Assembly: GCA_025201805.1 (NCBI GenBank) | Contig: MU619317.1 | Location: forward strand, 62,001 to 126,000 | Direction: 5' to 3' | Length of the DNA: 64,000 nt | From: Parasitella parasitica NRRL 2501 | Lineage: Eukaryota > Fungi > Mucoromycota | Part shown: in pieces, positions 36,649 to 50,120 of the stretch | How the letters are laid out: each line of letters opens with the position of its first letter | How positions within the stretch are numbered: position 1 is the stretch's first letter | Notes under the pieces: model-generated | Databases searched by the model: none | The model's input: only the letters and a program-made list of their open reading frames with translations | Told to the model about the DNA's origin: nothing | Program-made: the position numbers and the translations under genes

Positions 36649-38791
36649 CTAGCTGGACGACGACTCTACCTTGATTTTAGTCATAAAGTTGTGACACTTA
36701 AAAACCAAAGCACTCGCAAGGCTATATTTGTTCTTGGCATGAGGCCCTGATCCAATGCTATATTGTCCTCGATCGTTGGCTTTCAATACAACTTGAATCT
36801 CGGATTCTGCTTTGGTATACTCTTTATCCAACATTAGCATATTTGCCTTTTCATAGCGACTGAAATAATAAATGTAGTGATCCAGTTCAATCTTGTCTGC
36901 ATAATCAAAGACAACTTTCAAAGATCTTTCGTGCGTCTGATGCATAGCTTCTGTGCCTGACTTTTGTTGAAATAGCATTCGGATTGTGATCGCTCGCAAA
37001 TATTCCGCTAAACAGAGATCGTCGTAGTAATAAGTGTTGTGTTTTTCTTTTGTGGCTGCCTCCAGGCGAGTTATTTCGGTGTTGATTCGGTTTAAGCCAG
37101 TTTGAAGTACATCTACAGGCATGAAATCGTAGGCGGTGAAAGCATTCAATACCTCAAGATCAGGCAATAAGAGATAGTTTTTTTGGCTGAGGAACTTTCT
37201 AGCTTTTCGTGCAACAAATTTCTACAATGTTTACAAAAAATAAGGTTAAATGATACCTTTGTTCTCGGATGATTTGAATATAGAATAATATACTTACCTC
37301 CATTGGAATTGATTTACCAGCAATCTTTTGCTTTTCTCCAGTAACTTGATCCATGTGGTCGACGACTTGTTTCATGAAATCGGCTCGCGTTGCATCATCA
37401 TTTGTTACGCTGGCCAACATGTAGAGGGTGATAGCTTTCAGATAAGTGTAAACTGCCTTGGACCAGTTGCTATCTCGCTGGAGGATTGTGTAAATGTCGT
37501 ACGCCTTTTGCCAATTCTGCTCCATGATGTATATAAGTCCCAGTTCCCAAAAACACATGTGTTGCAATTGCTTCCAGTCTTTCTGTGTGTCTATGGCAAG
37601 TTGATACTGCGCCTCTGCCTGATTCAATAGCTTCTTAGAGCCCATAAGTCGACCGTTAAAGTATAAAAAGAAGACACCGCGGGGATATTTGTCAAGACAA
37701 GAGTTCAGGATGGTTTCTGCAAACGGAATATCCACATCAGATAGAGGGATCATTTTTGATAATACAACATGATACACAATCAAGACCATATTGCACATTT
37801 GGCTGCGAAGCCCTGTATTGACAACCTTTCCCTGAGGAGCTGTGCCATCGTGATGTTTATCCCACCCACCCACTGACTCCAGTACCTTCAAACCATGAGC
37901 TCGGTCAGAAGAAAAGCCGATAAACTCCGCCACCTTCACTACGGAAGCAGGCAGCATGGATAAAATGAGACTAAAACAACCCACACCCAGCGCAACCCCT
38001 GACGTAAAATCATTGTCCAATGTATTATGAGATTTGTCGGTTTCATTGACGTGGTTGACATATTTCTCCAGTGTCATATAAGCGTTGTAACTACTGCGGA
38101 TATTCAAGCTTTCCCGAAGGAAGGACATGACGCTCTCGTCGTGGATGATGCTGAGTAACGCTTTGAGTAAATAGGCTTCGGCATGCACCAATTCCTATAG
38201 CCAACAAAGAGTCAGTTTCACTTGCTATTGTTGTATAATATGAATAGCAATCATAAATACCGCATGTCTTTCAACCACAGTCATATTTCTGACATTCTCC
38301 AACGTTGTGCCTTTCATCCAACTAGTTACACTGCCGAGCCATCCATTTTCTTTCTTGCGAGAATTGTCTGCAAGCTGAATCGTGTGCTTTAAAGCCTCCA
38401 ATGTCGTTTTGATGTCATCCTCTTGAAAGGTCATGACGGATTTAAGATATAGTATAAACGAGTATCCCAGAGAATAATACATGGAATCCTTATAATGGGG
38501 TTCCAAAATGGCCTCCGCTTCACTGATGTTTGCATTCAAAAAATGGTCTAATGCAATTGCACATTGTCCAGCATCCTCGAACAATTGCTTTTCCGCAAGA
38601 TTGGAGCCGTCAATTGAAGTTTGCTTGGTAAGCTCGCTGCTGTCATGGGAATAAGGTGGCGAACCTACGGGAGTCACCGGCTCTGATTGTGTCGTAAATG
38701 GGCTACCCAGTCTGCTGAGAAATCCTCTCGGCTGAGCCTTGCTATCTGTCTTTTTGTTGAAAGAAAGGTTTTTTATCATTTTTGCGCTCAT
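36649..38791 (-). CDS. Iml2/TTC39-family TPR protein
   Basis: AELVHAEAYLLKALL, SGVALGVGCFSLILSMLP, IGFSSDRAHGL, WSKAVYTYLKA and IAGKSIPMEKF. Two introns. Confidence 0.9.
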
Positions 38792-40196
38792 GGTCAATTT
38801 CTCTGTCTGTGAGGAAGCAAAAGAAAAAGATGGGCAAATGTCAGCTTAAATAAAAAAAAAAAAAGAAATGAAAAAAAAAAAAAAAAAAAAGAGAGAAACG
38901 CCGCTGGACATCCCTATTGTTCAAATCTCTGAAAGGGCAATAGGATCTACCGGTGAAATTGTTTTCCGTGTCTAGTCGTTGGACGCTTTCAACAAAACAA
39001 TACCTGTAAATGTTTATATTGAAACTGTCAAAACAAGATTGACATCTAGCACCAACAAACAATAAACAAATAGGTCACATCTCTTTTTCAATCACAATCA
39101 AAACATTGCCCTGACAGACACGCATAACAGCGTTTACAAAAAAAAATGGTAAAAGTATATTATGATACGACAACATTTGTGCTTTTAAAAACACGTAGAG
39201 CATGTAAAGAGTCGTGGCAGATTTTCTGTTTGTTCTTTTTCTTCAGGCTATATCATCTGCTCTGCTCAACAGCTGTTCATTCACCTGCTCCCTTTACTAT
39301 GATGGAAAATCGTAACCAAGAGGTATAGTAAAACAGAAATTATCCTCTTTATCCTATCGCATTTACCAATACCAAGCCCAAAAAGCGGAAGAACGTTCAT
39401 CCAAGTGCCATTAGTCCAATACGGTGTGGACATTTCCTAAAGTTCCAACACCCCACATCAGCTGTACCCCCTCAAAAGACTTTTACAGACCAGTAATTTA
39501 GGTGATTACAGCCAAGTATGTACCTTTTGTCACCTCCGTATCAGCAGTACTCGCCATATTCGGAATATTCCATGTGTCACAATCATCAACAGCGGCATCC
39601 ATACGTGAAACATGGCAATTATTACAGTAGTCTTTTCATTTTTGGGGGGGGGGTTTTTGTTAATGAATTCAATGGGCTACCAAACATTAGATCCATACCA
39701 AAGCTTTCGTGGCTCGCTAGTAACAACAAGACCCGCTCGATATCGAGCGTGAGTGTTTAAAAGACGCATAAATTCGCTATACTGACCAAGCCCTCATACA
39801 TATGATATAGCTCATACTCACAGCAGGTAGAGACCAACAGTGCAATTTATTAGTAATTATGGGTATTTTGACTGCACAGCAGTACCCAGAAAAAACAATT
39901 GAATTCATTGCAGAAAAGATCCATACCATTGTCGCTTTTCACACAAGAAGAACCACATCTAACACCATGGCATCAGGAAAGAGATTGTTTCGAATAAACC
40001 ACAGGTATTTAGGGATTACAAAGATGTAGAGAATTTTTATGGCAAAATATAAAAAAACGTAAGATTTTATGATGGCTACACAAACAAGCTTAAAAGTTGT
40101 TTATTCTTGTTATCGTAACATAATAATAGACACTTTTATGAAATAAACAAAAAATCCCTTTTTCACTCCTCTTTGCCCTTTGCAAACACCAATACA

Positions 40197-42649
40197 ATGC
40201 CCAATTCTGCTTCATTATCTACCTATACTACCATGATGCGAGTCAATTCGAAAGGAAGGCCTTATGCAAAAGTAGCACTATTTACATAAACAAACCTACG
40301 TATGTGATATTCATTATATCTATATCTTTTTTTCAAGGATTTGTTTGATCTATATTCAGCATTGCTGATACAGCAACCATTGGCAGATCACCGCTCTTTA
40401 TTTCGGACGTACCCCTCAACATTTACCACTGACGAAGCTGTCGAAAGTCTCGGACATTTAGAATTCACACATCTCGTATCAGCGCCCAACCCGCTCGATG
40501 CCAGCAATCCGATACTCACACGAACGACAACGACGTTCAGCATGTCAAGAGCAATGGCAAAGACGCTCGGTCAGCACTTTATCAATGCACGACTCGCTGA
40601 AAATGCTACAGACCCCCAAAACAGGACGATGAAGGATCGCGGCATATGGTCTCCTACGCCAAAAGGCAAATTCATGATCCAGGACTTTAGCCACCGTGCG
40701 CGGGTACCTATTAAGCATATGCAGGCACACTTGGCTCGCATTCAAACCTTTTCGATTGTGCAATTCGAACGGCTGCTAGATGACGACCAGATATCATTTT
40801 CGCGACAGAATATGATTGATGCTTTCAAGACAATGATGGAGTGGCTGCCAACAGACCACATCATGATTGACGATATCGGCGGTAAATGTGTGAAACTACT
40901 GCAAAAGTCTATATATACTAAACTCTCGAACTTGTAGGCGTGAACAATGATAATTTAATCGAGTACAAGGATACATTTTACGGGTATCAATGCTTTGAGT
41001 GGATCAGCGAATACACGAGCGTAGTCTCCAACGAAGAATCAGAGATGATTGCTGCTGAATTTGTGCAGTATGGCTGGATGCTGCAGGTCCTTGATAAATC
41101 AGACAAGATACTATCCAGAAAAGACGATTCAACACTGTTCAAATACGACCGACGAACTCAGTATTATTTGACGGAAAAGGGAAGACGCACATTAGAAGCA
41201 AATCGACTCCTGCATGGCCCGTCTTCTTCTTCCTCCAATACAGCCATCCATACCGTGCCTTCATCTAGATCAAGAACACAGAGCTCAAAAACAACCGCTA
41301 CAGTTACTAGCAGTGGCAGTAGTAGTAGTAGTATCAAAACAAGCAGTTCATCGCCGTCGCAGCCGCCGCTTAAGCCAATAGCCCTCCATAAATCAAAGAA
41401 AGAGGAGTATGCAAGCCGACTACTACCTACAACTGCAATCACTTCGCTAGTCGACTCAACCAGTATAGTGCCCAAAGCTGTCATTACCAAACGGAGGTCG
41501 ACTATTAGCCAAGCATCCATGTCATTGCCACTATCACCCCCATCCACTGCAGGAGCATCACAAGACATGAGAGAAACTTATTCATCTGAATCCATGCTGC
41601 AAATTGAAAGCAACTCGTGTGATTTTGGATTCTCGTCAGCGTCTTCTACTACGTCTTCTGCACCTACTACTATTGCGCCCTCAGCGTCCCTGGATGGCAC
41701 TGAAAGTGCAAAAGAACAAGAGCGCCAAATTTTGCAAGACAGACTCAACCAGCTCAGAATACAAAATAAAAGCGATCCAGGCGCACCTTTGCAAGAGTCG
41801 CTGGAGCACCAGCAGCAGTACCAATATCAGCCCAATTCCCAACATGCTCGATTGGAGAGCATCCTCGAAGACCCACTGATCCGCATGTATTTTCGCCAGT
41901 TTCTCAAGTCATGCTTTTGCGAAGAAAACATCAATTTTTGGGTGGATTACAACGCATTGATAAAGAAGTTGGGCTACGTCAGTGAAGATAAAGAAGCCAT
42001 CAAGCCAGAGGAGCTGCTCTCACTTCCATCTAAACTCTGCGAGTCGTTGCTTGTGCACTGCTGCTCTATCTACACCAACTACTTTTGCCCGGACAACGCT
42101 CCGAGTGAGCTGAACATAGACCATGGCCTCCGATACGACATTGTGCAATACATGCAAGCTACTTTTACTAGCATTGCCTATTCTTCGGACGAAGATAGTG
42201 GCAACGGAAAGCCCGTGGTGGCTGATGCTTCTAACGTGCCCTTTGGTTCCATCTCGGTGTCTTCTCATGGCATCCTCTCATCCACCACCATGTCTTCTTT
42301 TAGAAGAAAGAAAAAGCGATCAAACAGAAATCATGGCCCAGCTACAAGTAGCAGCTGCGCAGACGATTCAATGCTGGTGTCTGTTCGTGAAGGCGTCCAA
42401 GACTCGCTGCAAACATGCTTGTACAAGATCTTGCACCTGTATGACCAGGCAAATGATCATATCTGTCGTATCATGGCGCAAGATTCTGTCCCTAGATTTA
42501 TGAAAACTCAAAAATATATGGATTTGATGGAATCATACTACTTGACGCCAGAAGAAAGAAGAAAGAAGCTGAGTCGCGATGGGGATGTTGACGAGGAAGA
42601 GGATGATACGGATGAAGACGAGGATGAGGACGAGGATGGTGACTACTGA
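40197..42649 (+). CDS. DEP + RGS regulator of G-protein signalling (FlbA/Sst2-like)
   Basis: GRPYAKDLFDLYSAL...HRSLFRTYPSTFTTDEAVESL, TTTTFSMSRAMAK, DEP (TFYGYQCFEWI) and RGS (LESILEDPLIRMYFRQFLKSCFCEENINFW, APSELNIDHGLR, MAQDSVPRF). Confidence 0.93.
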
Positions 42650-43141
42650 TGGTACTCATAACCGTATTAAGGCTGTATTTTCATCACAAACATATATATA
42701 CAAATTATCCCACATATGCATGTTACCTTGTGCTTTTATCTCTTGGCTTACCATGTAATTCGATTTCCAGTCTGCAATCACAATAGATTATAAATGTACA
42801 ATATATCAGAGGTAGACAGACTATACAGGCCTATTTTCTGCTGTCTCTCGTTTACAAGTATCATGCTACTTGTGACACTGCTTGAAGCAAATTAAGATTG
42901 TCTCTCGAGTCAAATTGCCAGAAGGACAAAAAAACCTCAATGTAAAAGAATCAGCAACAAAATATAAACTTCAGCGTTTCTGTACTTGAGAAAAATAATG
43001 CAATTTATTTTGTATGATGTTGTCTATTTATGCAATATGATACTATCAATGTTAAGTCATGTAAAGTACACTGTATATAGTTGTTGATTCTTCGTGGATA
43101 ATTGAAACTCTTGCGTGATGGCATAATGTCAATTGAGGTCA

Positions 43142-45972
43142 TTATCCAGATGTGAATATGCCTAGCAACAGAAACATAATCGATCCTAAAAATCGGAATA
43201 TTCCCAAACCACAGTTGACCCAAAGCATGACGGACATATAAGTTGTCCCAACTGATGGATTAAATATTGATTCATACTCTGATGCTGTAATGAAAGCTAC
43301 TAACAAAGCGTTACAGGCAATCCATGCCAACACCAGATGTGTTCTGAAAGAGCGGTAATAGTCGTCTTTTGTTAATGACCCGCCCGAACTCTAATAATAG
43401 CTCTGGGTTAATACCTTTCATCCATCATGAATCAGACAAATGCGTTTTTTTTACCATATCCTTGGCAGGCTTCTCATCAAGAGCAAACAGGGCGTCGTCG
43501 TATTGACAGTTAATATCGTGCTGATCAGCGGGGAGTTCGATATCTACAGTCTTGACACCTTTTTCTTTTTCAGATACTTTTACCACGCCCAAGTCCTTGG
43601 CAACTGAATTATCGCCCTTTGTTCCCCAACTAAAAATGGCCGTTTAGTAAAATATAATACAACATTAAAATAAACTACATACCTCACATCATGCGTATTG
43701 CAAAACGCATAGATGTTCAATATGTTAATATAGCCAGGTAAAAGCAGTAGATAAGGTAAAAAGCTTGTAATCATATGGAATGGTTGGCGGTGTAAGCAGC
43801 TTGATACTAAATAGATGCCATAGGTCGAGCTGAGAGAAACAACCATATTCCTTAATCCAGGATCGTTCATAGCTATTAGAAAATTGGTTGTTGTATCGTA
43901 TGTCCACTGATGTCTTTCCGCAGCTAGTTGAATTCCTTTATAAATGAGCCATGATGAACAGAACAGCATGTAGCACATGATGATTGCAAAGCCTACAAGA
44001 CACGCCATGAAGAGAAATTTAGATCTACAAAAAAGATTAGATATTGGAATACGAGCCTCGCGTTTCCAGACAATACCCTTGTGGACGATTCCCCATCGAA
44101 CATATAAAAACAACAAAAAGTAAAAATGCATAAGCATATCTGAAAAAATCAAATATCCTGCTTCCCCAGCCATTTCCAAATGGATCTACGTTGGCATCCG
44201 AGAGACTCTTGGTAATAAAGTAAAACGCAATGTAAAAGTTGCCCTATTTACATGTTAGAGGATACATATCATTAATAATATTAACATGTAAGCAAACTTA
44301 CCACTGAAAACCAGCTAAAGACCAAGCTGATTACATTATAAAGGCCCTCAATCATCAGCAGCAACGTTCTGTTAAAGCCGTGGCCACTGCTCCATATTTT
44401 TCGGAAATGAATCAAGCCATAAACACCTGCAAAAAACGACCCATTCAACCATCTTCTCCTCTGCGAAATGAATTCTGGTAATTGACTAGGCACATCTGTC
44501 TCTCCAAACGCATTATCCACATACTGCAAGAGCCAGCGCTCGTCTTTCTTGGCCACTAATTCAAAGCAAAGGATCCTGTCTTCGGCTAAATACATATTCG
44601 CTTCGAATAAGCCAGTGTTATTCATGCTTTGGTTGCTTCCTTGCAAATTGCCATGTAAATCCTCGCCAATAAAGTATTTTTCAAGCGGTCCATGACCATT
44701 GACATCATTCTTCAAAGCAGCATAACGATACGCCGAAAATGCACCTGGCAGAACACTGATATAACCAAACACGCTCTCTAAAGGCTTATCGAGAATATTT
44801 GACATTTTGTATTCAAAATTCTGCGCAGCCACTAAAGGATTCAGCAATTGACAACAAGCAGTACCCAACATGGCACGGATTTCGCCACAGGCACCACCCA
44901 CCAGCGGGTTACGATGGAATACTTTCCACAATTGATAAATGCTGCTGTTTCCGGGCCTTGTGCCTACGTCGAGCAATATGCAGACATTAGGCTTAATGAT
45001 GGGCCCAAATGCGTTGAAAAACCATCGATGCGAATTGATTTTTTTGGCATTCTTTTCTTTTAAGCAAAACATGATTTGAACAGGCACAATGCCCTTGTCA
45101 GAGCCCTTGATATTCATATCAGAGTCGATTGATATCTGAGTCGTATACTAGTGAAGATGTCAGCAATTTGCGGCTTTGGATGAAATCAGTATGCATACCT
45201 CGTAAATATGTGCCTTGACAGGTTTTTCACCCACTACATTTTTGGCAATTCCGGCCTGATAGACGCCCATCGAAGCCAGTACATGAAGCACCTTTTTATT
45301 TACCACTTGTCTACCATCAGCGACAATGCACACAACAATCTTCTTCCAGCCTTCTGGCCCCCACATAGTGCTCTTCTTTAGACTACACATATGCGCAATA
45401 TTCTTCATCACGCCATGCATTGTACGGGTAAATAAGATTTCGTCTTCATTATACATTGTCATGACTATGAATAGTTCGGTTTCTCTATTATAAATCTTGG
45501 GTCGTAATGTATAGCCTTTTGATTCAAACTCATCGGGTTCGCAAGTAGCGGCAGTGTACCTTAGTTGTGAAAATTCATCATGATCATTGAAAGTAAGCGC
45601 ACCAAATAAGCGATCTGGAATAGGGCAATCAATGACAAGATTGTTGTTTGTCAATTGGATTCTGCGGGTTACTTTTCGTCGAAGTACTCCACTTGTTCGA
45701 TCTCCAGATGATTTTGGTGCGTCTAAATAGGATTCTGTATCTGTGCGTATAAGTGTCGCTGCGCTGTCTCTATTTTGCTGCGCTACTGGAACTGTTGCCG
45801 ATTTTTGAGATCGTAATGAAGACAGAGTTTGCTGATTTCTAGCGTAATTTGCTCCTCCCGCTGCAGTTGATGTGGATGGCAGACAATCATCCTGATCTTC
45901 GGTATTGGAGGCAAACCAGCTTGAAAACCAACCACCCACACCGGAATTTCCTTGTCTTTTACTAAATGTCAT
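43142..45972 (-). CDS. Chitin synthase (GT2, division 1, class I/II-like)
   Basis: [56 protein letters not shown] and HDVSWGTKG. C-terminal transmembrane segments. Confidence 0.97.
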
Positions 45973-46162
45973 TTTTGTTTGTATATGTTTTTAAAATTAA
46001 ATAAATAGGTAAAAGGTTAAGAGATGATGGCAATATAAGCTTTATTAAAAGAAATCTTTGCTGAGTTGCACACTGCCTCTATCCAAAAGGGGGAATTGTA
46101 TTTGTTATGATTTTGCTAAAATAGCTGTAACCATAACATGCTTGACTTTTTAGGCAATTTGA

Positions 46163-48447
46163 TTATTGTTGTAGCGCTTTTGAAAGCGTAGTTGCAACAG
46201 TATATAATTCGCTGTTGTCATGGATGCCTTCAAGTCTATTTGAGGTGATCGATTTGACAGCTTCAACTACCTCTGAATTACTATCTTTTCTGGCCAATTC
46301 GACCATCTTACAGAGCAACGTACAGGCATTGCATTTGATCTGAACAGGCATATCATTATCCTTAGTGCAAACACTATCCACTAACACTTGTACAAATGAT
46401 CTTGATTCATCCTCTTTTTGCTCGCCTCCTTCTTCATCTGGTTCACTGGCAATAATAGGCAGAGGTGGATCCGCAATGAAGAGTAACAATGCATTCCTTG
46501 TGATTGTAACGTCGCTTGATTCTGAAAGTATTAATATCAATGCCAGGATGCCATCATTCTTTAATACATCGAATTTCGACGTTCTAACAAGCTCGATAAT
46601 TGGCTCCAAAACATGTGCCTCCATTACTTGCATCCTCAAGTCATTGCTGTCCTTTTGTTTCCAAACTGATTTGACCAAATTAGTCAAAATACGTGTGGCT
46701 TCACTTTTCGCTCCAACATCGTCTACTCTTTTCAAAAATCGAGTAACACGGGATAATGTGTTGTTTTCTTGGATAATACGCTTGGAATTTTCATCTAAAT
46801 TAGCTATTAAACTACCTATCTGATCTTTTTTTTTAAAAAAAACACACTTACAATTGCTTGCGCACAACAATTTGATGATGCCAATGGTAAGGAACTGATT
46901 CCTTTTGAGCATGTCTTTAGTTTCATCAATAGTCGGAGATAGAATCTCGAGGCAATTGCCATTTCCAATGATCACCTTGTTAGATGGTGGAAGACACAAG
47001 TGCTTTAGACAGCCCAAGATGACATACTGAGACATAGCGTTGTCGGTAGTTTGATAAAGATCCAGCAATAATTTCGATAAATTGTAGTTTTCGACTAGCT
47101 CGATGCAATGTTGGTCTGTTCTTGCAAGATTTCCAAGGACATAAATAGCACACTGATGCACAACTTCTGACTTGCTCTTGGCCATGGCCAATAGTTTCGA
47201 TAAAATACGATCATTTTTATACAATTCCTCCATCTTTGAATCTGTGGATGCTGCAAAGATAGTAATTTTGTTCATGTTTTCGCGAATCTTTTTCAGTTTG
47301 TCTTTATCCTGCTTGTCGTCCAGTTCAAATTCAGTATCTTCCAAGAATTCAAGCAAAAAGTCCAATTCTCCACAGTCGATGATTACATTTTGAAGATCAT
47401 CTATCAACAAGACGTTAGAATTTGAACAATCATAGCACTTTGATAGCGTACCATCATCAATAATAAGTTGAAGTAGTGTATCAGTAAGATTTTCTAACAT
47501 GTCTAAATTGTCAGTGTATTGGTGAGAATAATGCTTAATCCTGGCAATATAAGCTTTGATGGTGTAGGGTGTAGCGATAATTTTGCGGGCAGATTCTATA
47601 GGAGCATTATCTGAGTATCCATTTGATGTATGATAGGATAAATCGCATACCTTCTGCTACAATGTTGTCCAAAACTTTAGCTGCCATGATAATGGATATA
47701 TCTTCTTCAGGTATGATCAATGCTGTGCGGACGTCTGAGTATCAACTTGATGTATAATAGAGATAATTACAAACCTTCATCATCCACTTTTTCAGGTTTG
47801 ATCAAATTGACAAGACTTTTGGCAGCCCCAGATTCTGCAATTTCAATTTGAATGGGAGCTTTGCAAAAGTGAGAATACTGGTGGCTAATCCGTAAAAATA
47901 AAATAAAAATACTTACCATAATCCATGCTGCTGTTGAGATAAAATCCACAGACTGTGCGAGTCAAGTCTAGCCTTGGGGTTTCAGTCAAATAGCGTGCTA
48001 CAATAGGAACAATACCAGCATCCTTGACACGTTTCCGATTATTTTCTATTGTTTACCAGTTAGTTCTTATACTAATAAAAATGTAGATCAAATTACCATT
48101 ATCAAAACATAAATTTCCTAAAACTCGAAGTGCCTGAATTTGAAAATTTAACTGCTTTCCAGATGCCTCATTCAACGACTTTGCCAAGTTTTCAATTATA
48201 CCGGCATCACCAAGGGGAGATCGTAACGAATCTAATCAGGTGTTAGTTGGTTTCTTTTATCACTCAAAATTTCTCTGTTACCTGTACGTAATGCGTCTGC
48301 TAGACCTTTACATGCAAGAGTACCTTTCTCCCAGTTTGAGTTATCTTCGTTCAAAAGGTTCAAAGTATTCACAGCATCCACAATGGGGTGAACTGCAATG
48401 GCGGGATCTACAATGATATTACTAGAAATGTATGGCATATTTGTCAA
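46163..48447 (-). CDS. ARM-repeat protein, SmgGDS/RAP1GDS1-like
   Basis: Spliced exons give IQALRVLGNLCFDN, YVLGNLARTDQHCIELVE, ILGCLKHLCLPPSNKVIIG and DVGAKSEATRILTNLVK. About seven short introns. Confidence 0.8.
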
Positions 48448-48553
48448 TTTTACAATTTACCATTCTTTACAGAATTAAGGGCACTCTTTAAAGTTTCCAC
48501 CGAGATACTCATCTTTTACCGGCAATTAAAGATAAACAAAGAAAACACGAAAA

Positions 48554-48778
48554 NNNNNNNNNNNNNNNNNNNNNNNNNNNNNNNNNNNNNNNNNNNNNNN
48601 NNNNNNNNNNNNNNNNNNNNNNNNNNNNNNNNNNNNNNNNNNNNNNNNNNNNNNNNNNNNNNNNNNNNNNNNNNNNNNNNNNNNNNNNNNNNNNNNNNNN
48701 NNNNNNNNNNNNNNNNNNNNNNNNNNNNNNNNNNNNNNNNNNNNNNNNNNNNNNNNNNNNNNNNNNNNNNNNNNNNNN
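48554..48778. other. Assembly gap (N run)
   Basis: Run of N. Confidence 1.
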
Positions 48779-49000
48779 CTCGTTTAATCCTCCATAGGCA
48801 GCATATTTGATGTATAATATATTACTACAGCATTCATAATTGAAAGGCATGTGTTTACTCAACATATTGAAATAAATCTCCACATTTTACTTCATCAAGA
48901 ATGATGTTAAGTATCCTATATTTCAATCAAGACGCAACATCGTTGTTGATTCTTTTAGACTGGACCAAATTACCACACAAACATAACATTCTCTGGACGT

Positions 49001-49016
49001 ATATATATATAAAAAA
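49001..49016 (+). promoter_or_regulatory. TATA-like element upstream of the secreted repeat gene
   Basis: ATATATATATAAAAAA ~85 bp upstream of the ATG at 49098. Confidence 0.4.
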
Positions 49017-49097
49017 GGACAAGATGTAGATAAGTTTCCTTACTATTTCTCTCTATCTTAACGCATATACTTTAACTCAAAGATACGAAAGTTCAAC

Positions 49098-50120
49098 ATG
49101 CGTACCGTTTTTGCTATTTCTTCAGCTATTACTCTTTTTACTGCCTCAGTATTTGCGTCAAAGAATGCCGATTTCAATCCAGTCAACTTTGTCGATGGAG
49201 TTGCTGCTGCTCCTGCTTCTCTGACCAATGAATTTGTCACTTTCCGTTGGAAGGGTGAGGAATCCGTTGCCATGGAGACCTTTAATCTTAATGTTGAAAA
49301 CACTGCTCGCATTCAAGTTACTGATTTCAAGAACCGTGGTGATATGTTTGAAGTCTTTGACAATGGTCAATCTTTGGGTATGACTACCAAGGTGGACACT
49401 CTTAAGGATGAAGAGGTCTTTGCTGCTACCCCTGAAGAAGCTCTCAATGATGACCGCTTCAGTAAGGGCATCTTTGACTTGGCTACAGGTGAACACAAAA
49501 TTACAATCAAAGCAATGGGTCCTTATGAGGCTGGTACTGCTGCTATCCGTGTTTTGGATCAAGCTAATGTTGCCTTCCACAAGAAAGGTAGCCACCATGA
49601 TGATGACGATGATGACAATGATGATGACAATGGCCATAAGGATGACGACGATGAGGATGACAACGACGATAAGAAGCACGGTCATGGTCATAAGGGTGGC
49701 GATCATGACGACGATGATGAAGAAGGAAAGGGAGACTGGCACAAGGATAGCCACCATGACGATGATGAGGGAGGAAAGGGAGACTGGCACAAGGGCGGCG
49801 ACCATGATGATGAGGAAGGTGGAAAGGGAGACTGGCATAAGGGCGGCGACCATGATGATGAGGAAGGTGGAAAGGGAGACTGGCACAAGGGTGGCGACCA
49901 TGATGATGAGGAAGGTGGAAAGGGAGACTGGCACAAAGGCGGTGACCATGACGATGAGGAAGGTGGAAAGGGAGACTGGCACAAGGGTAGCGACAAATGG
50001 AGTCATAAGCGTCCTACTGATGAAGAATACGATCTCTCTCACACCATCACTCTGACCAAGACCAAGTGGGTTGTCCAAAAGCCTACTCATGTAGGTACCA
50101 TCGGCATTGTTCCTCTTTAG
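49098..50120 (+). CDS. Secreted protein: beta-rich domain + His/Asp-rich tract + tandem HDDEEGGKGDWHKGGD repeats
   Basis: Intronless 340-aa ORF with signal peptide MRTVFAISSAITLFTASVFA, the segment RIQVTDFKNRGDMFEVFDNGQSLGMT, and six GKGDWHK units. Confidence 0.9.
   Translation: MRTVFAISSAITLFTASVFASKNADFNPVNFVDGVAAAPASLTNEFVTFRWKGEESVAMETFNLNVENTARIQVTDFKNRGDMFEVFDNGQSLGMTTKVDTLKDEEVFAATPEEALNDDRFSKGIFDLATGEHKITIKAMGPYEAGTAAIRVLDQANVAFHKKGSHHDDDDDDNDDDNGHKDDDDEDDNDDKKHGHGHKGGDHDDDDEEGKGDWHKDSHHDDDEGGKGDWHKGGDHDDEEGGKGDWHKGGDHDDEEGGKGDWHKGGDHDDEEGGKGDWHKGGDHDDEEGGKGDWHKGSDKWSHKRPTDEEYDLSHTITLTKTKWVVQKPTHVGTIGIVPL
49695..49993 (+). repeat. Coding tandem repeat, ~48 bp unit, ~6 copies
   Basis: GGCGACCATGATGATGAGGAAGGTGGAAAGGGAGACTGGCACAAGGG repeated with mostly synonymous changes. 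Confidence 0.95.

Noticed and set aside
1-48447. Apparent cluster of G-protein regulators (RhoGEF, two RGS genes, SmgGDS)
   Set aside because: Spread over 48 kb among unrelated housekeeping genes, and these families are large, so co-location is not evidence of a functional cluster.
49695-49993. Repeat as a CRISPR array or as a Kex2-processed RiPP precursor
   Set aside because: No unique spacers and the host is eukaryotic. The units lack KR/RR cleavage sites and no tailoring enzymes are adjacent.
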